Source: Trichoplax adhaerens
Lineage: Eukaryota > Animalia > Placozoa
Assembly (NCBI RefSeq): GCF_000150275.1
Contig: NW_002060945.1
Span: 5,381,397-5,445,396 of the forward strand
DNA length: 64,000 nt
Reading direction: 5' to 3'
This document shows, piece by piece, positions 13,401 through 25,769 of the stretch. The translations under genes were made by a program, and so were the position numbers. Each line of letters opens with the position of its first letter. The first letter of the stretch is position 1. The notes under the pieces were generated by a model. That model did no database searches. It was not told the origin of the DNA and was given only the letters and a program-made list of their open reading frames with translations.

Positions 13401-15150
13401 TCAAAGATCCGACAGCCATAGTACTGTAAATCGGCACAAACAGATAGTAACATAGTCAGATAACGGAGGATTGAATATAACTTCAGTATTATAGTCTTAT
13501 TTAACGATAACTACAGTAATATCTAAGTCTCTATAGTAGAGATGATAACATAGAGTAAGATACGACTATAGGTACGACTATAGCAGCATAAAGAATACTT
13601 ATTATTATTGATCAATCTTAAGGTGTACCTCTAAACGATAGCAATACTGTATATAAATATCTTTTTCTCTAATATATATTTTAGTACTAAGTCTAATTAA
13701 AATTAGTTACTATTAATTATTATTATAATTTTTAACAACTATGACATATATGACTGTATTACATGTTATGTTCACCTTGCCGGATGATAAATAACTTAAT
13801 GTCTCAGCGAGTACGGGAAAAGTCATTTGGTACTGTAGAAGGACGTTCAAGGTATCGCCAAAAGTAGGTAATAAAAGCAAAAAATTCGTAATTCGCTTAG
13901 TCAAATATAGGCTACTTACGTTTAGCCATAGCAATGTAGTGTATTCAACAATAAGATTTACTACGGATCTTAATTTTTGATCCATTGTCATGTTACAATA
14001 GTGTAGTCTTGTATTGTAGTAACCTCTTCAAGTTGATGTTGAAGGTAAGAGATAGGTAGGTGAGAATCCCTTAAAACCTGTTGATGAATAGTTTCGTTTA
14101 GGAAATGGCACGATATCACTAGGTCACAGTACGTATTTAAAGCTATCAAAGATATTATCGTAATGCATGCTAGAACTTTTGAAGTCTACGTACTTCTTGT
14201 TCGATGACGAGTATTGCCTGACGATAAGGTTCTAGGACATTGTCTAAACCAACACAGAAGGCTGATAAGTAAACGCCCGAGCGGAGCTCATTAGGATCAT
14301 CTTTTCTTTTTTCTAACAGATAGTTATCAAGTTATTAGTTTAGCAATACAACGATTGAATATACTTTTACTCCTGAATGATTTTACAAGTAACATGGTAC
14401 TACGCGTATGACTGTCATTACTCTCTCTCTCTATATATATGTACAAGCAGGGATCTGCGCAATGCAAAATGATTTGATATTATTCTTGAATCCGCGTATT
14501 TCTAGATATGACTTTAAGAGTAAGGTATCTCACAGTCGATGACTTTTTGAGTCTTGTCTCTAACCTGCAATATTCCATAAATGCCTACTGGATGTACTTA
14601 GGTATTTGGTAGCAAAGGACTGAAATTGATAGTAGTAATAACCTAGACGACATACTCGATTGATCAAATCGGCCTCACCACTATGGAGAAAGTCAAGATT
14701 GGGCAACACCTAGAAGCCATGATTGAATTCAAGATAGCGTTAGAATTCAATATAATTTTGTGTTGGTGCAAATTGAATGAAGGATATCGTAAGATGAGCT
14801 AAAAAATAATCAGAAATACTTTAATAACTTCTCATGATAAAATTATTATCCGATGAAATTTTAACTTTATCTACAACGCATAACAAGATACGGGAAAGTT
14901 ATCTATCACTCTTTCGATTTATTGAAGTCAGTGAACGAGTGAAGCGAATGTTGACGTTGGCTTCATTTCCCGCCTTTCATTTAAACTATTTTCCTTCGTT
15001 TTGACAGTGGATACCGTCCATATCGATGGACTTTGCTACCTAAAGGATGATATTTAATATGGTCAATTGATCTACCTTGAAAGTTTTACCATCATCGACA
15101 ATAATACCGCCGGGATAACCAGAAAGAGCAAGTAAGATTTCGTGCAACAT
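10468..15150 (-). CDS. TUBGCP4: Gamma-tubulin complex component 4
   Basis: N-terminus MLHEILLALSGYPG. Internal GVYLSAFCVGLD, QLSTWLLHG..D..EEFFI, IVFIGESV, KEFFLLGRGELF, FLVDNLQYYLQVDVLE. C-terminus HLSQLLLRIDFNKFF, TAA at 10470-10468. About 17 short exons. Confidence 0.95.
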
Positions 15151-15198
15151 ATTAATTTAACGCAAGCTGAATCTGACATGAAATGTTTGTTGATCGTT

Positions 15199-15645
15199 TA
15201 GTACAGTACAGTATAGTTAGTACAGTATGAATGCTGTATGAGTAATTGAGTATGCCTAGAATCGACCTTTCCGGTACAGTATACGCAAGTGCAGTACTAC
15301 TCGTCGATACCGGTAAGTGATGACGTAACATACGTCACACCAGTTCGAGCACCACCTACTGTACAATGTACAGTACATACTGTACGTACAGTATTCGGTG
15401 TCATACTGTACAGTACTGTACTGTACAGTGTACAGCGTACAGTACTGTATAGTAAAGTACTCTACATACTGTACTATACTGTACTGTACAGTGTAAGGTA
15501 CTGTATAGTGCGGCTGCTTTTATACAATGAGATGAGGGGGCACAGCATAACAATACATCGACCAATCAAGTCAGGACATATTCTGCCGATGTGGTTTGCT
15601 ATCGACTGACTCCAAACATGATCGTTTGACCGCCACGTCAATAAG
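15199..15645. promoter_or_regulatory. Probable bidirectional promoter region of TUBGCP4/TP53BP1, with dense ACTGTACAGT/AGTACAGT motifs and ATF/CRE-type sites
   Basis: Lies between two divergent genes. Many TACTGTAC/GTACAGTA words at 15200-15510, inverted TGACGTA-aca-TACGTCA at 15321-15337, CCAAT near 15562, GCCACGTCA (TGACGTGGC on the minus strand) at 15632-15640. Confidence 0.55.
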
Positions 15646-17262
15646 TTGAGGCATGTTGCAAGTGGGATACTATGCAACAAGTTGTAACGTGAGGTTGCAG
15701 CCAGTTTTGAGCCACCTCACCATTAACTAATAATACTGTCAAGGCGATATCTGCAGGCAAGAATTGAAATTTTGATAGCTCAACGCTACCCAATTTCCTT
15801 GCTCATTATTTTGTTCCAGTGGTAAAATACTCTATTAGCAGAAATTGAGTAGAAAGTGCAAGTCTTGCAGGTATTCAAATTGGTCAATGCTTCTTGTTGT
15901 GCTCGTCAAATTGAAATTGATTTGTTGTTGTCATTTGGTACATGCAATGCCAGACTAGGTGGTATCGAATTTGAATTTATCCAAGGTAACATTGAGGTGA
16001 TACAAGTTGTGATGTGTAGAATATGGCAAGATAGACTTCTTGCCCTAACATTCCAATTGGAGCTAGCTCTAACTTACAACTTGGATTGAAAGTGATGACT
16101 GCCGACAGCCCTGTAGTAGGATCGTCATTTAAACGACGTCTCGTTTTTCTCTTATCTAATGTAGTGCTCATGTCGGTCTTGATGATCAAAAAAAAATCAA
16201 CCGCCGCAGCTTGTCTACGCATTGATATATCGTGTATATCGTCTCTGCCTACTGTATAAACTGTATATGCGAAGAACGCATTTTACCTTCATTTTCTCCC
16301 ATACTTGATATCGTTTGCTTCGATTATCTGCAGATACGCTGCAAAATACTGTTTCCCCCTCCTCTATTGATCCAGTTTCTGGAATGTACGCTGTATTTCG
16401 TTATCAGTAAAGTAGCAAGAAATGGTAATATTGTTGAACAAAGTGCTTATTAGAGCCTCGTTGTTTTGACTACTTATTCCTTAGTAACCAACAACGTTTG
16501 GCAGCTAAACTGGCAACATTGGATTGTATGGAATAGTTTTTGCATCCTCTTCATAGACGTCAACACATGTTGTAAATACAGTAGTGCATCTTCCTGAGGA
16601 TCCTCGATTTGTTTACGCAATACAGCTGTAGATTAACACACTGTAGAGCACTGGCCTGCTAACTTTAATATCAAAATTCATTTCCTGTCCACAGATGCAT
16701 CTGCGTTATTGATCATATTGAAGTATGTGAACTAATTGCAACATTAGATGAATGTACACAACTGGAGCTTATTCGTTTATGCCAACTGATAAACATGCAA
16801 TTTATAAAATGTTCTACAATCTGGTCAAGGCCTTTATGGATTTTTGGAGGGAAGGGGGATGGCATTATTAGAAGTCCATTACACGTTAGCGCAATATCGA
16901 AAATTAACAATTTGCATACCGGCTCAAATGTGCAGTTAAAATAATAAGTTTGAATATTTGGCACTAAATACTTATTGCATTACAATAGAATGCTAAATAT
17001 TGCAAATTGCCGCTAACGGTGTACTGATGCCTTTTCGAAACGTGGGTGTCTTAGTATACTTGTAAATGCGAGACTGTGTAAAGCAACAATAACGTTCAGT
17101 ATGTAAATATAGGTCATTCCAATTGGTAGAAAGGCAATCGGAGTATATTGAACAGATTATACAATAACTAATTATAATAATTGCTGTCAAGATCAACGTG
17201 TTTGCTTTACGTTTATACCAGGAACATCGAAAACGTATTAAATAAATCACGACATTAGCCGA

Positions 17263-20200
17263 ATGGAAAACGACTCACCACCTTCCGTAATTGAAAGTTC
17301 CCAGCAAGAAGATTTAAGTTTAACCGATAATGACACAGCCAGGTCGAAATTACTACAGGATCTTTCTCCTTTGAGCTCTCCGATAGTAAAATTGAAGAAG
17401 GTACGTGTATAAATCGTTAATAGGAACATACAGTACATAGGAATGGAGTGTGGAAATGCGTAACTTTCAAGTGAAAAAGTCGTTAGAAACAGATTAATTT
17501 TAAAAAAGTATTGCATACAGAAATTAAGGATAAAAACTTTAAAAATTTAACCTATTTTTGCAATGATTTACTACTTCATTTCACCGACTTCTGTTTTACT
17601 GACAGTGAGTTCATTTATCTAGAATCAGTTGAAACTATCCAACGAATCCATTCAATCCAAAGATAATAATGATACTACTTCAAAATATTTTAATAATGGA
17701 ATTAAAATAGACAAAGCAGCTATGCATCCAGGTGGCTCGCAAGATGGCTTAACAGCTGCTGGAAGAGGTGGACATAGTCAAAGTGGAGCTCAACAAACGG
17801 GTAATAGTGAAGGAGTTACTGGCAATACCGGTGGTAACAATAATGGCACAACTGGTGGAAGTGGAGGAGACGGTGGTGACAGACGAAAAAATACTGATGA
17901 TCATGGTAATGATGATGCAGAAGTGCTTGAGGTAGCATCCGAAACAACAACAACAACTTCTTCCAGTGTTGATTCCAGTCTTGGTTCTACTGTTAATCTA
18001 CCGACAGCAAAAGATCCTTCTCCAATTCCTGAATCTACATCAAATATTGAATCTCGAGTTTCATCTACTGTACTTACTAGCCAGCCTCGCGGTCGTTCAG
18101 ATAGTAGCGGTGGCAATAGCCCAGTAGGACCTTTACCGTCTGTGGTTACTCCCTCTTTCCGTTCTCGAACGAAAGCTGTAGAATCTGATATATCAGTAAC
18201 GGTACTTCCTGTAGAACATTTGTCTCGGGCTTCACCTGGCAGCAGTCTAACAACTACAAGTTCAAGCTCTGGCCCTTCATTGGGGGCAGCGGCAACAATT
18301 GCTCACTCTTTACGAGAACTTGTAGAAGTCTCTACAGCTGCACCTGAAGATAGCGAACAGGAAGGAGGCAATGAAGGACATTCCGAGAAACACCAAGCAA
18401 TTTCACAAGTTATAGAAAAATCAAAAGCTGCAAGTCACGAAGCCAAAGATCCTTCATGTCGAGTAGGCTCCTATGAAAGTAGTGACGGAAGTCAAGGATC
18501 AGAAGGTAGGCCTGAATAATTTTTTGCTAATTATGAACTTAAAATCATTTTGAATAGTCAAGAATTGTGTTATTACATCATTACCGAATGACTGGTGTTA
18601 ACATCATATACGCATGGTTTATCAAAGTACCTATAGACGTTCAACGACTATCAAATAGATCGGCGATGCCATTGCAGAGTAGCTCCAGTAGTGGCTCGGG
18701 CAGTAGTGTATATCCTGAAAGTAGCCTTTCCTCCTCAGGAAAAAGTGAAACTGAACTATCGGCTGGTAAAGCAAATACTTCCAGTTCGACTGGTGAAACA
18801 GCGAGTACACACACTACTGCTTCAGGCCCTGAAGCTACTTCACAAACTGAACCCCCGCCAACAGCAGGTAAACATTTGCTGTCACTACTACTGTTTATTC
18901 TGCTGTATACTTGTAAGACTGCAGTCGATTTATATTCTTATTTTATGATAGTTTATTTCTATTACTAAAAAATGCGCGTGTACTCTAGTACTGTACTGAA
19001 ATACTACAGGATTACAATGCTATGTTGCTGATTACAGTCTTATGCGATTTGTACAGTAGTAAAATAGGTAATTTAACATTTGCATTGTCTATATAAGTTG
19101 ATGTGATTACCTTAGTTGCGGCTCTACTACCAAATAAAGCTAAATGATAGAGTTCTGATTTAAATGATGGTTTAATAATAGGTGAATTTGCAACCCCGAA
19201 AACTCTCGGATCTTTGACAGCAAAAAATTCCAGTAGTTCTAGCAGCAGCGCCGGTCAGGTAAAGGAAAGATATTCAATGGAGGGGGTTATCACTATAGAC
19301 CCAACAGAGACCGAGAAATCTATAAATTTAATAGCAAAGGATGAAGGTAACCTATTTTATACTATTGCGACTTTACTCAAAATTTTCGTTTTCAATTTAT
19401 CGGAATGAATATCTTCAGCACTGTCGTTTATAAAAAATTTAAGTAAAGACATAAAACAAATATTGCACATATTTAAAATGACAGTCGAAGTACATGGTAC
19501 TCCGGAAGGTATTGAATGTCTACAGTTGTCTAAGGAATCAATATTAGTGCAGGAGAGCTTACTTGAAAGGTATGGTATGACGTTCTGTTTCTATCTGATA
19601 TTTAAGTTAACTACTGTATTTATTAACAAATTCCTACTGTCTCCAGCCTTAAAATGGTACCTGGTTCAGCTGAAGATATTCTTCGAGGTACACCTCGAAT
19701 TGATCCTAGCTCGCCTACTGCGGATCAAGAAGGTGGCGATGTTGATCCTATGGCAAGTCAGGATATGTTCTCTTCTAATACACCAGCAGAAACCCGTGAG
19801 ATAAAACCCGAATTGCGACGTCGATCAGATGATGCCCAATCGCAAGAAGATCTAGATGCCCTAGTGGTAATGTTTCTTTGCTTGGGCCATAATGTTCATT
19901 AATTTAGACTTTCGTTGTAATAGATCGTACCCTTTTTGCGGCTAGACCTTAGCAAAACATCTCGTGTTGAAAGTATTCACTTTATTAATTATAATATATT
20001 TAGAAACGTCAGAAAGCCTGGCAGATAGAACAAGGAAATAACGTTATTGATTCCGGAACATCAGCTAGCAATAGTAGTATCGTGGAAACGAAAGTTTCAG
20101 AACCCTCAAATACCGTTAACAAAGAGTTAGGAAGAGAACAACAAGAATGGCAGTCTTTATCATTCATAGTGAGCAAAAATTTCTTAGTTTTTAGATTGTG

Positions 20201-23200
20201 TTCCCCTTGGAAATATTAAAATGGAAGGATTTGATTTAATGCTGTTTGTGTATCCTGCTAGGACGCTCAGCCTGCTTATACATCGGATGGAGGTGAATCA
20301 TCCAAGACGAATATCAGTGAAAGAACAAGTAAAAGTAGCAAGAAATCATCTAAGGTATGCGGCGAGGCTATTTTATTTCTAATCAGAAATCTAGTCTGCT
20401 GCGTGTATAAATTTGCGCATTATTTTTCAGAGAACTTTTGACGAACTTGATGAACCGGAGCTTTCAGAGGTTGAATACAGCGAATGTATTAGTCTAAACA
20501 ATGCAATAAACTGGACTTGCAGAAGCTTTAATGTACTAATTTGCAAAATTTACATTATTAGGATGTTTTTCAACCAACGATAAAGAAGGTTTCCAAATCA
20601 GGTAATGTTAGAAATACAATATAATTTTACTGTAGATAAGTTAGATTCTATATCACTGTTTTCTAAACTGTTAACAATAATTTGTTCAATAGATTCCACG
20701 GCAGCTGACATTGCTAACCCTTATACATTTGCGTCTCAAACCTCAATTTCTTTACATTTAACTCAATCCCAAGACGTTGCGCCATCTGTGGAGAGTTCCG
20801 AGAATCGACCACAAACATCGTTATCAGCGGATGAAAGCAAGTTACATACTAAAGATATCAAAGTAAATACAAGTCAGCCGCCGGAAAAGGAGTCAGTACC
20901 AATCCGTAAAATCTCAATTTTACAATCTCAGCCCAGTGAACAGTCGCAAAGTCAACCTCTTTTTCAGTTGGGACAGATATTACCGACGAGTAAATCAGTG
21001 GCTGCTAGTAATTTAGCGGAACCTTTGACTGAAAAGGCAGTTGTAGGAGAATTAGATAGTGATTCTCATCAATCTTCTGGAATAATTGGGAATACCGCAG
21101 ATCCTGAACATCAACAATCATTTAGTATTGTAGCAAAAGAATCTCAACCTCATGTGGATGTTGGCAATGCTGCAGCATTGATGCATGATAGCCATAAAAA
21201 CCTTGCAACCACCGAGGCGGCCGCTCCTTGTCCTATTGTTACAACTACAGTGGATTCACATCTAATAACAACTGCAGCAATAACTGTTACAACATCAACG
21301 GTATCAGCTTCTTTCGACGATTCAGCTCCTACTGATCTTACGAACGTTAAAAGTGTTGTTGAGAAAGTTGTGAAAGAAGATTCTTCTGGATCAAGCACTA
21401 ACTTTCAATTTGCTTTACCAACCACGGGCACAATATTTCGATCTGGTGCTACTAAAATAGCAGAAAAAGCCCCACATGAAGTGTCGACTTCATCAATAAC
21501 AAAGGAAGCCATGGCCATTGGCAAGCCTATAGCCAGGCAAAGTGATGCATCCGCTACAATGAGAGAATCAGCTTCAGTTGATAGCGAGAAATTTCCGGCA
21601 TCTATATCGAAAGGCGAGTTAAAATTAATATTACTACGGGAAAGAATTACAACTTTGATCTCATTCTTGATGTTATTTGTAAAGAATCTAAATTTATTTA
21701 TATGTAATTGAATTAAAAACTGTTATTTTTAGAAAAGCATAAATTAACGGGAGAAACCACAACCTCCAGCGCCACCACTCGGTAACAAACCTTACTAAAA
21801 TTTAAAATTTCGCATCTCGAGTATCCTAACCATTACAAATGACTATGTAAAAATCATTTATTATTATCAGAGATGAAGAAGTGGACACACGAAACCAATC
21901 TTTACTTAATAAACGCCTGTTAGCAACTGAAAATATACCTGCACCTGTGAAACAGAAAATAACGTCGGAAGAAAATCTGTTAGCGTGATTTTGTTGCTTA
22001 TGATTCATTGATTAATTTATAATGTACTGTATATAGATTGTTGACATTTAATAGTAATATTATGTACGCATTATTAGCGATCCATTTGAATTTCAAGGTA
22101 GCAGTGAAGACACCACTTTCAGACACTTTGACCAACCCGCTGATAATTTATCAAAGAAATTTGAGTCGCAGGATATTACTCTTTCTATGGAAGAGGTACA
22201 CCCTGATTTCATTCATTATTTATACTCTTGGTCTTCGAACTAAAAGTACATGATTCCGTTAGCAATCTGTAGAATCACACCACACAGGAGTTACTTTCAA
22301 GAAGACAGTTATTGTTGAAAGATATGAAAATGGTCAACTCATTCATACTGCGAGAAGTGTGGTATGTTGATATTGTAATTAGTGACAGTCTTAGTGATAT
22401 ACTAATTGTTACGTACATCATGTCTCATGCAGGTTTGGCTTAAGGAGGTAAATTGTCAAACCAGTTCTGCTCAAACGAATACACCCAGTAAATCAGAATC
22501 CATGAATACGTCGACAGCTAAGGCTTCATTTTCGAAAACTCCTTCTTCCTTGACTTCTGCAAGTACAATAATTTTAGGAAATTCGACAGATAATAGTTTT
22601 GCATCTTCAACAAATGTAAGGATGTAATCAAACGAGCATTGGATAAATTTACTAATTATATCAAAGTTCGCAATTAATGATACACTAGACAGCAATACTT
22701 CTATACTTTTAGTGATGAATGTTATTATTAACTATTGTTAGGATAAATCTAAAAATCGGAGAAAATCGTCAAGCCGTCGGCTGCAGTGGGCAGTAAAACC
22801 CTCTTTGGATCCGACGTCTGCTTCAAAGAAAGGTTCTTTATCAAGTAAGCGCTCAAAATCTGATACTTCTGCTGTGATTACGTCGACCCCTGAGCATGCA
22901 AGTAAGTCCGTTACTCCGTCAAGATCCCTTGGTATATCGCCGACTGATTCTTCAATAACGATTGGTAATCGTGTCTTCGCCAGGTGGAGCCTGTCCGATA
23001 GTCATTACTATCCTGGACGGGTTGTACGTGGCGATCGTAGCAATAGCAGGTTACTATTTAATTTTTGGAGGCGAATATCTAATTAACTGGGTATTTTTTA
23101 ATTAATGTTTACATTTCCCTTTACAGATACACTATTGCCTTTGACGATGGAACAAAATCAACAATATCAAGTAAACACATAGTTGTAAAGGTAGGAAATA

Positions 23201-25769
23201 CGCCGTTAAGAATTTAGTTGTTCCTGTGTTTAGTACTCCTGTATGAAGATAGTTATTCTAGTAGTAACGCGCTCGTACGTTTATTTTTCATAGGAGAATC
23301 TTGCAATTGGTCAAGCAGTATTATGCCAGGCGGAAGAAAACTATTTTGATCCCGGTAATAAATTAAGTGTGTAGCGTCTATAGTTGAACTCGTAAAAGTG
23401 TCTTATCATCTTGTAATTGAATTTTTATGCACGTATTTGTGTAATATTAGGAACGATCATTAATTACGAGGATCAAGACGGCTCAATTTATTACCATGTG
23501 AGACTAGATGGAAGTGGCAAAGTGTTGAGGTTTGCTATTGAATGACAAAATCAATTTGTTAGAGGCGATATTGAATGTAAGCACCTTGTACTTGCATTTA
23601 ATAGATTTCTGCGTAAGGAGATTATTTTGACTGAAAGTCAGGCCCAATCAATAAGGAGCAGTAGTAGTTCCGCTGCGACTACATCCTTATCAGACGCTAG
23701 TCCTAGCTTCTCTGGAGGTACACATGAACATACTTAATAATGAACGTTATACATTAGTATTTCACGAAATATTGATGGTCTGATCATGACATTACAGCAC
23801 GGGATTCTAGCAAAGATAGTAGTAGTGTCACTAGAACAAGCAGTTCCGGAAGTAGAGGTAGCAGAACTAGCGTCCACAAAGAAATTGTTGGCATAGATAA
23901 AAATAGCTCAATAGAATCCATGAGAGACGAAATACCCCCACCAGCCAGTAAGATTAGGATTATAATTTAGTGAAAAGTTTGATTTTTTTGCATTTTAAAA
24001 GCAACAATTTGTTGTGCATATAATTATTTATAACTTCCTTTCAGAAGCAGTTTCTCCCGCAAAAACCGCTTCTAGAAAGAGAAAAGCTATTCCTATCGAA
24101 AAGAAATCACCATCGCCAAAGATGTCACCAATATCGTCGTCGAGAGGTATACGACAGACGAAATCCCGTTCTAGAATCCATACATCAGGTTTAAACGACC
24201 GTTTATACGTTTATACCTTGAAGTATGTATACTAAAGGTACCTATTCGTAATTTATATTTACGTCATTGTTTGTACTTCATAGAAGCAAGTCCATTGCAA
24301 GATATATCTGCCAAGAAGAGTAAAGTAGATACGGATACTACCGGTAAATGTTAAGTAACATCCTTGTAATGATAATTTCCGGTTCTGATGAATATCCATA
24401 ACATTTTTGAAATAGAAAAAGGACCAATCCTTCAAAACAGTACAATGTTTGAGGGCCTTGTTTTTATTTTAACACGAAGAGAACGACATAGCGATGAATC
24501 TTTTGTTGCATCATGTAAGAATGTTAAAATCAACGGTGTTGCTAAAGTTAATACCTAAAGTAAATTGTCTTTTAATTCGTAGCTGAAGAGCTAACTCCAA
24601 CTTATGATAAAGAACATGTTAAAAAACAAATTGAAGCAGCTGGTGGACAAGTACTGTCTTCTATTGAAAAGAGTCAGGTTAAAAATTCGTAGCTAGTAAC
24701 GTCTGTCGTTGTAAGCTGGTTGTATTTTATTCGGCGGATTAAATTTCGTTTATCATAAATCGACTTCTAGATCACTGTAGCGTTGCAATGTTTTCTCATC
24801 TCTAATGAATATTGCCGAACAACAAAATATATCCAAGCCTTAGCGGCTGGACTTCCATGTGTTCGTCATACTTGGATAATAGACTGCTGTCAACGGGTTA
24901 GAGATATTTTATGTTATGAAATAGCCATTAGGTATGGAAAAACGATAGAAGCAATGGCATTGTCTACTTTATTAGGAAATCGTCTTGGGCTATCATGCGT
25001 ACTTACTACCAAGTGGATATTCTATAGTAAAAAACTCTTTAGTGGAATGGTAAATAATCTAATCCCAGACTTTGTTATAATGGTTTAGAGGAATACCGTA
25101 GCGATAAATTATGTATTGGTTACGAAACCCTGGACTAAATTTATTTTTCTTATAGCTACTTCTACGTCTGATAGCTAGTTTCATATACTAACATTTATAA
25201 TTGCATAATGATAATCGAATTTACATGTTGCTTACGACATGTCTTGTAGGAATAAACACGGAAAACCTTTGTACGGTCTAAACGTTTATATAGTGTCAAG
25301 TAAAGGAACGAAGAAAAAATATGGCAAGAAGGAAACTTTTAAGGCAAGCTAACCATAACCCTCATTCAAGACTGTAATTTCATTTAAATTTGTTAGGTAA
25401 TGAAAATTATCTATCATTTAAAGGACACATGCGCTGGTATTCTGATGTGGGCTGGCTGCACAGAAGTCAAACGATTGCCTTCTCGACCGGCAAATTTTGT
25501 TGATAAAGGTTAATGTTAGGGTTAATACTACGCTATTAGATAAACGTCAAAAATTACGACTTGTCATGAATTAAAATCTCTCTTGCAAATAACTAGATAT
25601 TAAAGCATGTGATGTAATTATCACCGAAGATAGTGGAGTTATGGATGCCAACACGAATAGAAAGGCAAATGTATGGGGTATTCCAATTATCACTTTTGAG
25701 TGGGTTATACAGTCATTAATACACGGATATAGACTGCCTTTTGATGCTCACGAAAAATTTCGTGCATGA
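17263..25769 (+). CDS. TP53BP1: TP53-binding protein 1 (S/T-Q-rich N-terminus, oligomerisation domain, tandem Tudor, tandem BRCT)
   Basis: Tudor: IGNRVFARWS..YYPGRV|YTIAFDDG..ENYFDP|G..YYHV. BRCT: GPIL..MFEGLVFILT..YDKEHVKKQIEAAGG..QCFLISNEYCRTTKYIQALAAGLPCVRHTWIIDC..YLLPSGYS..IPIITFEWVIQSLI; TGA at 25767-25769. The first coding exon 17263-17400 (PSVIESSQQE) splices in phase 0 to 17623. The start codon is less certain than the rest. Confidence 0.92.

Noticed and set aside
15289-15680. ORFs of 106 and 68 aa
   Set aside because: They are translations of the low-complexity TACTGTACAG promoter cluster (repeated TVLYS).
15645-15723. tRNA-like element ending in CCA
   Set aside because: No T-arm stem with a TTC loop, no D-loop GG, and eukaryotic tRNA genes do not encode CCA.
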